From: Gammaproteobacteria bacterium | Lineage (GTDB): Bacteria; Pseudomonadota; Gammaproteobacteria; Eutrophobiales; Eutrophobiaceae | Length of the DNA: 64,000 nt | Direction of reading: 5' to 3' | Assembly (NCBI GenBank): GCA_963422205.2 | Contig: CAXMWX010000005.1 | Span: forward strand, 704,001-768,000 | In this document: positions 45,701 through 57,700 of the stretch, one piece after another | Layout: each line of letters starts with the position of its first letter | Numbering within the stretch: the first letter of the stretch is position 1 | Position numbers and translations under genes: made by a program | Notes under the pieces: generated by a model | Database searches by the model: none | Told to the model about the DNA's origin: nothing | What the model saw: the letters and a program-made list of their open reading frames with translations, nothing else

Positions 45701-48700
45701 CCAGGCTACAGGCCTGCAAAAATATGAGGCATCAGGCCTCCAATAAGAAAGCATTGTTCTCTCAAAAAAGGTAGGCTACGTACGCTATTAACTGATCACT
45801 ATTTGTAGATTGGCATTTTGTTTTTTTGCTTTTCTCCTTTTATGATAATTAATTGTTCTTTCCATATATAGGCACAATTTCGTTAATTAAGACTTTACCA
45901 TGAACTGGTTAATTCGTTAAAACAATTTTTAAAGTTAACGGACTAATTCAACTTTTTTTAAATTGTCCATTAACTTAACGTTTATTGCTTGTCAACATCT
46001 GTTCGCGTTTTGTTAATGCTTATTACTTTTTTCATTAACTTTAAGATCAAAAGCCTTGCAAAACATTGTTTGAGCACGAAAGTTTGCTTGCACCAACACT
46101 ATTGATCCAAAAGTTTGGGTTTCGGCCTAAGCCTATCAGAAAAATTGGAAAAAATTCAAAAAAGTCAGTTTAAAGGGGTTGTTCAAAAATTTTAAAGTTT
46201 TCAGATGTCTAATTAAAGGCGTAGCATGAACTTAAAGAGCCGTTTTTAGGCTTCCATTCATAGTCACACCCCTCAATCTTACTAGCAGCAGAATCAACTC
46301 TAATACTAAAATATTTGTTCCCAGTGAAATTCCACGAGCGACCTATGTTAAAAACCAATTGAACAATCTCCTGCCATGCATTACTAACAGAAACTCAACA
46401 GACTACCGGTAATAGACTACGAAAAATATAAGAAATGCCTATTGGCAAGACCATTACGTGAAGGCTTCGATATACGCAGGATTATGATTGAACAATCGAA
46501 TTATAATTATTGCATAACAATTTAACTCGTTCACAATATTGTTGTTTGAAATTGTGAGGGGTCAGGGGTAACTGGTGGTGAGCGACGAACGCAACTAACG
46601 TGGCAAAGTTATAGACAAAAAGGAAAAGTGCAGAAAAAGAAAAGTGCAGTACTTGGAAGCAAAAGTGCAAAGCGTGCATTACTGGAGTACGGAAAGTGTA
46701 CTTTACGGAAAATATAATACCGTATTTCCGTACCGTACCGTACTTTTCCTAAAAATTCCGTACGTAATTCCGTATCGTACTTTTTGCCAAAATTTAACCG
46801 TACCGTAATTCCGTACCGAAACGTACCGTAGTAACTCCTTGATCAAAACTAATTCTAGGGGCTTGTGTAACTCCTATTAATGAAAAATCAGCTCTGTTTG
46901 TAATTTTACGAATGTGGCATAGTGTAAACTTATGTCAGTATTGAAGATTAAATAGGATAAAGCCGTCATACGTACCTTCCAATACCAGAATTCATTTTTT
47001 CAAGAAATTGCTGAAAAGATTCTAGATGTTCATCTCCAAAAGTAACAATTAAAGCAGTTTGAAACATTTTCCTTAGTTCTTCAACCTAAAAAATTTAGTC
47101 AGCAGTAGTCACTTACAAAAAATTCATAAAAATTTGCATTACCAGACCAGACGTCCATTAGCATTAGCATTAACAGAAAAAACACAAAAAATTCATAAAA
47201 ATTTGCATTACCAGACCAGACGTCCATTAGCATTAGCATTATCATGCATTAGCATTACCAGACCAGATAGGGTGACCAGACGTCCCGTTTTGAACGGGAC
47301 AGTTTCGTATTTTCACCCGATTTTGAGCGTCCCGACTTTTTCTCAGATGTTCCGTTTTTTATTATTTTCGCATTTAGCGTGAGAACATGATTATGTGAGA
47401 ATTAAAAAATAGAATACTTTTTTAAAATAGCAAAAAATTCATATTTCCTGATGTCGTTGGATTTAGATCCTAAAACGTCTTCGTGGAAAAGCTGTTGCAG
47501 CTTTTTAACACGTCCGCTACTACCTGTTGCGGACGTAAGCGTGTTGGAGAGACGAAGAGTAGCGAGAAAAAAACTCCTTGGTGGAACCAAGAAGTTAAAG
47601 AGGCTATTCGAGCAAAAAAAAAGTGGCTTTTAAGGCCTGGCTTTTAAATAAGTCATCAGTTGAACTTCGTTCGCAGTATTCGGAAGCACGTAAGGTGGCA
47701 GCCATAAAAGTTGAACTGTCTAAAAAAAGGGCGTGAAAGGAATTCGGAGAAAGGTTAGACGATGATTTGAAAATAGCAAACAAAGTATTCCGGCAGACCA
47801 TTCGCCGTTTGCGTGAAGAAAGATCTCAATTCTCAAGGTTGAATGGCGGTTTCTTTCTTCATCGAAGGTTGAATGGCGTCACTCTGAAAGATCCAGATGC
47901 TGTTTTGAATCGGTGGAGAGAATACTTTAGTGATCTTTTAAACCCAGTTGATGCTACATCGACACATATTCGTAAGGAAGAGGTTGGGGAAGATATTCAG
48001 ATCACCGAAGCAGATGTAAATGCAGTTATCAAATCATTGAAAACTGGAAAAGCACCTGGTGAGGATGATCAGACCTAAAATGTTAAAAGCAATGAACAAA
48101 GTATGGTGTTCGTTGGTTGACTCGTGTTTGTAAGGTGGCATGTACTGTAGGACTGGCCAAGCACCAAAGCAATGGCAAACCAGTGTGATGATACCTATCC
48201 ACAAGAAAGGAGACAACAGAAAATGCACCAATTATAGGGATATATCTCTCATCAGTGTCCCGGATAAGGTCTATGCCAAATGCCGTGAAAAGAAATGCCA
48301 TGAAATAGTCGAGCCTAAACTAACGGATGCTCAGTGTGTTATCAAAAATACGAGTTATCAAAAAATAACACTTTCTTGGGTTATCAAAAATACGAGGCAA
48401 ATTTGGTAAGACGGTATCTTCTATTGTTACTCTATTGTTGTTGATTTGTCGCACTTTGCTGGCGAAAATCGTATTTACACAGCAGCGCTAGGATTTTTCT
48501 GCTGAACTTATATAACGAATAGAGTTAACATTGCAATATTTGCAATACATTGCAATATTAACATTGCAAGTCTTTTTCATATTTCAGATCAATTTTTAAA
48601 TATATCCTTCCACTTTTTAGTTGATAGCATTGTTTAGCGATGGGCTGGGACAAAGTTGTAACTTGTAATCATAGGCCCACGCAAATGGGGGGGGGGCACG

Positions 48701-51700
48701 GTGTCATGACCCCCCTCCCCGTCGTCCTAATAATAAGGTGCTAAAACCTAACTTTCAGTCCATAATGTCTCAAACTAATAATGGTTGCAGCCTCCTTTAA
48801 CTTATTTTAGCCAAGTTTCTGCTTTTAGACATTAGCTGCAAAAATATTTTTGCATTGTCCATAATGACTCTACTCATTACGTGCTCTTGTTCGACAAAAA
48901 AGTGCGCTAAAATATATTGCTTATGTGAAAACCGTAAAAACTCGTTGGCGGCTGGGGGTTTCACCCCCACACTCCGGTCGTGGCCCCACCTTTGCCAAAC
49001 CTTGGGTGCGCCACTGCTTGTAATCATACACTCTTGTCTCAACTCTTTCCACTTTGGACTGTTTCGTACGGTAAGGGATGGTTGATCACGGTTTTTTCAC
49101 TTTTACATTTGTTTGTTTTTAAAATGTCCCGTTTTTTCTTTTAAAATGTCCGGTTTTCGTCATAGTTTAATCTGGTCAGCCTATTACTAGAACAAAACTA
49201 TTGCCAATGCTTGGTTGGTTGTTGGTGCATTTCTCTTCCAAACGATGCCGCCGTAATCACTTACACTTAGTAATATCGATCACACCAGTTTAGCAGAATA
49301 TTTTATTTATCACTTGAATTGATTAATGCTTTGTTAAAAGGGGCTTGAAATTCCGTAATGGAATAAAATGTCCGTAACAGATTTTCATTTTGCTTTCTCT
49401 GTTTCCAGCAATAGTAAAGCCAGTGTCTAGTTGTGGATAGTGTAGAGCCAATGACAAGAGCTATTTGCATTGCATTTTGGCCAGAAACCCAGTGAGCAAA
49501 GAGCTTGTACGACAACCAATCTACCGTACAAATCAAAAACACAGTAAGTCAATTATTTCGCTTGTGAGATTCAGTAGCGTACCCTCGGGAGGGGGGGTTC
49601 GGGGGTCACCCTCTTTCCCTCACCCCCCATTGGCGATTGGAAAAGAAATGAAAACCTCTCTCTCCTTTTGGAACTTTTTGGAACCTCCTTTTTTCATACA
49701 GAGATTGCCGAAATTGCTATCATGTTATTTTGTGCTATCCAACTTGCTTGTAGAATGTCGAGAAACTTTCATTGTGATGCAATAATATCGGTAGTAACAC
49801 TTTTTTGGTGCGTTGCTCTTGTTTTAAACCAATGGCTGACTCAAAATGCAAACCTGGACATAGTGGACAAGGTGAATAGGCACTGTTAAAGCTGAAGTCA
49901 TCTTGTTATGTCATAAAGCGATTGCTCTCAATGGTTATGGCTGGACAAAACAACGTTTCAGCGACATGGCCTAGCAGTACCGAGCGCAGGTGACAGATCC
50001 TACATGACGGATTCGATTCGCGGTTGGAGCCGATCGCATTTGACGTATATAACGGGTGGCTGCTGACTCGAAGAGCGCAAGCTCACTTCGCAGTCTCCCT
50101 CAATTACTGTTGAATTTTCAGTTCAATATAATTTGAAAATAACCTCAGTTATTTATTTTATTATTTTTCAGCACAGAAGGCATTCTAGAAAGAGAATGGT
50201 TGCAACGCAGGCAGATGTTCCGCTTGCAAAGTCATAATTTTGAGTTGACCGAACCGGCCAGTTGGCGTAGTGGTTAGACACATCGCTATTGGCGCGGGAG
50301 GTTTTGGGTTAGGTTTCTGGGCCGTTAGCTCAGTTGTTAAGCGCATAGGTTATCGGTTCGGAAGATCTGGGGTTCGATTACCGGGGAGGTCAAATCGACA
50401 CAGTGTCGCCAACGGCTCGCCACCGCTGCGTTGTTTCTGTGTTTCTCAGGCGCTAAGTTGCGGGGATGGGCCCCAGTGGCGTACGCACAGGAGGAGGGTT
50501 GGAAGTCAACTCTGCTTGGGCTTGACAATTGCAGAAAAAATGAAACCTTTCTTTTTTGAAACGAATCGACTTTTCGTTGTGCGGAGCTTGCCGAAATTGC
50601 TATCATATTTTTTCTGTTCTGTTCAAATTTTTAATTTGATCTCGAGAAACTTTCATTACGATGCAACAATAGCAGTGGTACAGCTTTTCTGATTCGTTTT
50701 GCTTAAACTGCATTTTTGTCATTGATGCTGCTGTGAAGCAATTAATAAGTAAAAGTTTTCTTTGTGGTGCATCTACAGTAACTATAATGGCTGACTGGTT
50801 GCACACAAAAATTAAAAAAAAATCAAATCAAATCTTCATTATACTCGTTTCATTACACTCGCCGTAGTACCGAAGCGTGGATAACAAGTGGCGGGGCCCG
50901 ACCCCGCGGCTTAGCGCCTGGGCAACACGGTTCCAAACATACGTCGCGACAATCGTGAGCCGTTGGCTACACTGTGTTCAATTTGACCGGCCTGGGAATT
51001 GAACCCCAAACCTTTCGCATCGATAGCGACATCTTTAACACTGGGCTATAACCGGCCGGTTTGTTAAAAAATTATTCAAATAAAAAAAACTAAATTAACA
51101 CTGCCCTAAAAATACTGCCAAGGAAGACCAGACCTACGAAAGATTTGAAGAGACCCAGGGACGAAACGGGGGGAGGAGGCAAAATTGTTTTTACGTACCG
51201 TATACTTGTCTCAGGAGCTGGAGTGCTCTGTGTCCCAGACCGATGCTATCGACGCTGTGATTAGGGTGAAAAATATTCAAATAATATCGACGCTGTTTTT
51301 GATCTTCTTCATATAATTAGGGGTTCCTCTCGCGCGTAATTTATTTGAGTTCAAAAATGTTTCAGTAGGCTGGAAGTTTTTTTTCTTGTTCCACTATCTT
51401 CACTTTTCAAGATACAGTAGTAATGGGAGAAACTATCCCCTTCATAATGAGTGCATATTAAATGTTTATAACAAAATATACAAACTTATGCGTTGTTTAT
51501 ATCAATGTTGGTTGTCGAAAAAGTTTTTTTGGAAGGAAGCAATTGTGTGTTTTACCCCCCATCCTCCCCGGCTACACCCTGTTTGTGGCGTTGCGAAAGC
51601 TAGCCTATTTTAGTCAGTTAACCTTCCTATAGCTCAAACATTAGGTCAACTAAAATTTTTTCTGTAAACATTTAACCACGGCTTGGCAGCGTCACATTCT

Positions 51701-54700
51701 GCGAAACCATTTCGCTCCTTAAATAAAGCGCAAAAAATTTAGCAAAAGTATGAATGAAATATCTTGGTTGTTTGCTAAGTTATGGCATGATATAGCATAG
51801 TCATGGTTAACTGCAATTAAGTATTAGTTTAAACCAGAAACATTGCAATCCGAAGCACTTTAATACCTCTGAACTACTGTAATTGTAGTATCTTTACGTT
51901 GTCACGATATGACTTCACTGAACCCCCCTTCCCCCCTCGTACACCACTGTTGAAAAATCCCGCGTACGCCACCGTTGAAATTTTTTCATTCATCGTCGTA
52001 AAAAACTATGCTACACGTTCCCACCAACTTTGGGGACAAAATACCCAAAAACAAAAAAGATAGCCGACGTTACGTCCAAAATGCCATTATTGTCGAGCTT
52101 TGTTAGCGCGATAAAACAAGACAAAGCGCAGTATGTCCAATACAGACTTAATGTAATCTGTCTTTTTTTGCCGCACAGACACAAAACTGTACAGAAGAAT
52201 AGAAGCATTTGAGATTTATTGTCGGCTAAAAAGTTAAGTAAAAAGAATTGGACTTCGAAATTTGCACCAAATAAAGAGTATAAGTAGTTAAGTATTTCCT
52301 AAAAATTTGAACAAAATCCGCCATGAATTGTTCCGCCATGAATTGTATTAATTTAAAAAGTTCAACTCCAAATAGTTTTTTGCCTTTTTCTCAAAACTTC
52401 GTTTTTGGACTTGTGTTTTTGTTTTGCACGGCAGCAATGCTTGGTGTAAATTTCGAGCTAAAACTTTTCGCCCCTTCTCATACCACTACATTAATCTGAC
52501 CTTTTCGATTTTCAAAACGTATTCGTTTTGAATCCACGGTGTAGGGCCGAGTTTATTTTCCAAGTCGATTATAACATAGACGTATTCTTCATTGAAGCCG
52601 TAGCTAATGGCCTGTTGGAGTATATCAACAATAGTCAAATCATCAGCACTGATAAGAAAAACTGCAACAAATAGAAACAACAGTTTGAACGAGAAAGAAA
52701 ATTCAAAAGTGCGCTTAATTACACTCCATAAACTCATGAAAAACTAAAAGTTTGTTTTTTTGCAGTTGTGCAACTGATGATGGCAAAAAGATTTCTATGA
52801 TACATGATCACTCCAACTTTTCAAAGGCAGTGTTTTTTAACTTTTCCAGTTTCTGGAATCCCTATATATTCTTAAAGGTATTGGCTTGGTGGCCTCTTGT
52901 CTGCATATCCTGCAAAAGAGGTGTATGTTCAACACAGTTTCTCTTCTTTTGCGGGGAGCCCGAATTTTTTGCTGAGAATTTTTCACGAGCCACTGATGTA
53001 AAGAAAATATCAAGTTTTTAAAATTAAATAATAAAAACTCACTACAATGTTACCAGCCTAGGCCAATACACGCTTTACGTGAAATATTTTAGACTAATTG
53101 CTGAGGTTACGGTAAAGATTTAAGATTAGAACCTTTGCGTTGAATTTTGATGTGGAAACAAACATTGCTTCTTCCACGAAATTTTAAGCTCATGGCTAGG
53201 TCTTTCATCAGTGACTCGTGTTTGCTTGGCACTGCAAGCGCTTGATCAAAGCTCCTAAAATACTCATGTTCTGCAAAGTTCTGCATCTCCCCATAAAACG
53301 ACTACAATTTCTCAATATTGTTTTGTTAAGAGCAATCCAAAGCATCATTAGTGACGAGCTATGGTTGGTTTAGCAGTGTTAAATAGTCAAAACAATGATA
53401 TAATCTGGAATGTTATCAATATAAACATTTTAGCAAAGCATCATATCAACTACAAACAAACCCATGTTATTTTGAAAGCCTCCGGCAAATTAGTAAGTAC
53501 CATTTTTCCTAAGTTATCTGCTTGTGAATTAGATTAATCGATTTTAGATCGGAAACTTCGAAAACGATGTAGGCCGGGATGAAGCAAATGCAAAAAACAT
53601 TTTTTTTTTATGATAAATAACTTCCAATTCAATTGAATAAGGTTGAGAATATTTTAATATTTTGATGTATTCGAACTATCACGTTGCACAGACAACTAAT
53701 TTCCCCAATACTGCAAATAAGTTGTAGCAGAAAAATAATTTTAGAGCGAAATGATTTAAGATGCCTGAAGCCAAGATATGATAGCAGTATCCACAAAATA
53801 TTATATCATCACTGCAATTAAACCATGAATAAATATAGTTCTAAAGCTTTCAAATTCACATACAAAAAAAGATGCTTGCAAACGGCTGTTTATACTCACT
53901 TCGACCCTGAGCTTTCAAGGCTTGTAGTAAACCAGCTTCTTTATCCAAATAGGCGGATATTCTTTCCTGTTTTATATCAATGGAGGGAATATTTTTTTTT
54001 AGCGCATTGAATATTCCTTCGGAGATAAAGTAATGATATCTGTAAAATTTTTTGATGAAGGTTTCGCATAAGTCTTGCGCAGAAGAAAATTTTGCTTACC
54101 TGATTCAAACGGTATGTTGGTTTGATGGTAGGCAGTGACGAAAAAGCGTAAGCTATACATTATTTTGATTTGCAATTATAGGTTGCTTACAACTAAGCAA
54201 GGGATTGGTTAAAATACAGTTCTTTGATGTAAGTGCTTGCATTGAAATATTTTGCAACTTTAAGATACACAGTGTAATTACAGAATTTAGTACCGTTGTT
54301 TTGATAAAGTCAAAGAAAATTCTGCTTCTTGATTGTGAAACCATCAACAAGCATGCGATTGCAACGTAAAACGATAAAATATTTCATGTTACATTACTAA
54401 ACAAATAGTTCAGAAATTATTATGACACGGGGGTTTCTTCAAAATTTTGTTATCTTCAGATCAGTAATTTGACGAGTTGCAGTCAAACACTGTCTTGTTT
54501 ACTAGAAGTTACAGCAAAATTTAAATCAATTTTTCTAATATAGAATGGATCAATTTTTGAAATTAAGTCTCTTACTACTGAACCAACAAAAATTTTTCAT
54601 TTGTTTATTAATGTAATCAAGCCCCAAAATTTAAAACCTCAAATACTTTGTCGGCGATAAACATTTTTGACATATCGTTTTATTCAACTTGTCATATTCT

Positions 54701-57700
54701 GATAATGTAATCACCTGTTTATCTATAACACCAAAGAACAGACTGGAATTTTTGTGACAAAAGATTAACTTCGGAAGAAGTAAAAAGACGAGTGCAATCA
54801 GTAAAAGCTAATGACGTAGCTAGCAACAGATTTGTTTTCGACTGATTGTCCCAGGCATACATTTGGTTTGCAGCGTCACTGATACCGTTACTCAAAACTT
54901 ACTAGCTTTTAGTACACTGCAAAGATTTTAACATGTTGCAATGTTGCATGCACTTTGCTTAGACTTATAGATTGGATGGAGTGTCGTACAAGGGAACTTG
55001 GTGTAGGACTATATGTTTGTTGCATTGAGTACATACTCTAATTATATGCTTTACTGACTAATCTCTCATAAGAACTATCCAAAATGATAGCACATTGATT
55101 TTTAAAAGACTCATGTAGTGATGTATGTCTAGTGATTTGAAACTACGTTGTGTTGATGGCAATACATTTTCTACGTGGTACAAGTCCATAAAATATAATA
55201 GATTTTTTATGGACATTTTTAAGAACACAGTGCAGTCGTTTTTTTGTAGTGATTAAACTGTAGTTTTAAAGTAAAACTGCAGCATACTTTTCATCTTTGT
55301 CATCGTCATAGAGGTCAACTGCTCTTCTTGTCCAGTTGTAATATTTCATAATTGAAAGCACGCATTTTCCTACTACTTTAGCTGCTGGTCCGTTTCGTAC
55401 CACTGTGTTGTTAGTTCTTTCTTCTTCAATTTCAGTCTGTGATGTTTGAATAATTGATTGGTGGTACAGAATTTCAAAATAGCTTTGAAAAAGGCAATTT
55501 TCACATTCGGCTTGAGGAAATACTCTATCATAACTCTTTTTGACGCGATCACCCACTGATGAGTGCGTCACGAAAAATTTATGGGATAAACAGCTTTATT
55601 CAAAGCTACCTATAACTCTAAAGAGTTATGATAGAGTATTTCCTGAAGCCGAATGTGAATACAGCTTTTTTCAATGCTATTTTGAAATTATGTGATGTTT
55701 CATGGATCACACGCAATCAAGAGTTTGTAAAAAAATCGCAACTACGTAATACGAGTCTAAGCTGATATTGTTTCAAAGAAACTTAATTTCAAAAAACAGT
55801 TAAAAAATTATATTTGTCTTACGGTTTTACTTTCATGTTTTCTGCAATTAAGTGGGTAATGACATATGTAAAAGAAATACGGATAAAACCATCGGTACTG
55901 CTAGAATTTTTCACACCTTTTAAGGAATATTTTTGCAATTAACTGTCGGTAATCAAATTCCTTAAAAATACTCAACGCGAATAGAACAAAGCACAACATC
56001 CAGTATTGGAGCACTAATTCAAGTTTCGCAGGATTTTTCGTCATATATCAGCCATTTTCTACATTAATTTTCAATAAAGCCACAGTACAGTATATAAAGA
56101 AAGTGCTAACTTTGCCGAAATACGCTATTGCGGAACTTATCGGATCAATCTTCAGCTTTTTGTCCAAATATTTGATATTATTGACCACGATCTACTAATT
56201 CACTATGGCCAAACTTTTGTGATTCATAATCATTTATTATAGAAAATCGCCATATTATAAAAATTTCACTCAGCGCAACAAAATCATCAAATTAAACCAA
56301 ACTATTTCTTGCCCTAATCTTTGTCCAATTAAAGACAAAGAGTTGGTATTTTTGATAAAATACAGTAAATAAAAAAACCTAACACATGAAATAACTGCAA
56401 CAAAACGTTTGGCAGATGACAACTCTACGACCACTTAACAGATACAAGAGCAAAAGTTTAAAATTTCCTTACTCTTAATTTTGAAAAGATTGCACCCGAT
56501 GTCATATGAAGTATGTCCCAGTGATTGGTTGACGTCAAGATGCGTGACATTGAAAAAGCATTCATTGGACCAATCAAAAACGGAAGATGACCCCTTTTGC
56601 GAGACTCAACAGCAGCGATTAAAGCCAGTCTAAAAACATAAATACTCATGAAATAGAGCCTCCAAGAATCCCGATCCTCTTCGACGAAAGGTAGATGCTC
56701 TAGTGGAAATGCTAAGGCAAGAACAACTAATGTCTTCAACGTAATTTTGGCATTCAGTTCTGGAACGGCCTTGAGGCTTTTAACAAACAGATGCATGTGG
56801 CTGTTCTTTTCTGGAAAATTCGTGCCGCAGTTGCGATCTTTTTATTCGAAGAAGCAACGATTCGATGTTTAGGAAATCACTAATACTGTATCTCCACTTT
56901 TGTCCTCGTAGACTATGCGATTGGTTCAATCGCATACTTCAATGCAAAATAATATGACTCTTTCAAGCCATAAATTTAAATAGAAAAAACAGGCTTAAGT
57001 TTTGCTGTTACATTCATCAAACTTTACAAACAAGCTGCTTAATTATTAGACTTTAAAAATAGTATAGTATTATTTTCGGGTTGATACTCATTTCATTATT
57101 ACTTTTTGCAACAACAAAAAAAAAACAAACAAGCTGTTTTGCCAAAAAAATGTAAACAAATCTTCGAGTTTGTATTACAATTGATTAATTTACTGTAAAC
57201 TAAAAGTTACGGAAGTATCTATTGCACTTATAAGAACCCATGGCAAAACACGAAAGATCAATAAATGGCAAATAACGGAAACTTTAAACTTGATTTCATG
57301 AGCACTTGACTTGTCAAATAAAAAAGAAATCAAATTTTTATCTTACTCGCGGCATTACGCCGAGCCTGCATTACGCCGAGTGGCGGGGCCCATCTCCGCC
57401 CATTAGCGAAGGGCAGGGGTCGGCAACGTTTTTCGCACAGCGGACCGGTTTGAACTGAATTTTTTTGCGGACTGGCCTTTGAAAAATCACAAATGTTTCA
57501 GCAATAAAGCAGCTTGTATTTATCCAAAACTGAAAACTTTGATCTTGTTTTACTCGAACTAAAGTATTCAACTTTTGAAATTTTGCTGCAACAGCTTTTC
57601 TTCAATTCTTTATTAATAGTACAGCTTCTCAAACCTGATTTGTAACGTCTGTCTCTTAACTATCTTATTTAGCCTAACACTATTTGATTTACACAAGATT

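Noticed and set aside
47450-48338. Reverse-transcriptase-related sequence as a retron or bacterial defence RT (also 63091-63985)
   Set aside because: The motifs are those of non-LTR retrotransposons, they are frameshifted, and they lie in animal DNA.
54100-54152. AG/GT-bounded 53-nt candidate extra exon in cyclase intron 3
   Set aside because: Including it shifts the frame and gives a stop in exon 4. Exon 3 joins exon 4 directly in phase (DDDKDEK|YHYFISEG). At most it is a poison exon, and I have no evidence for that.
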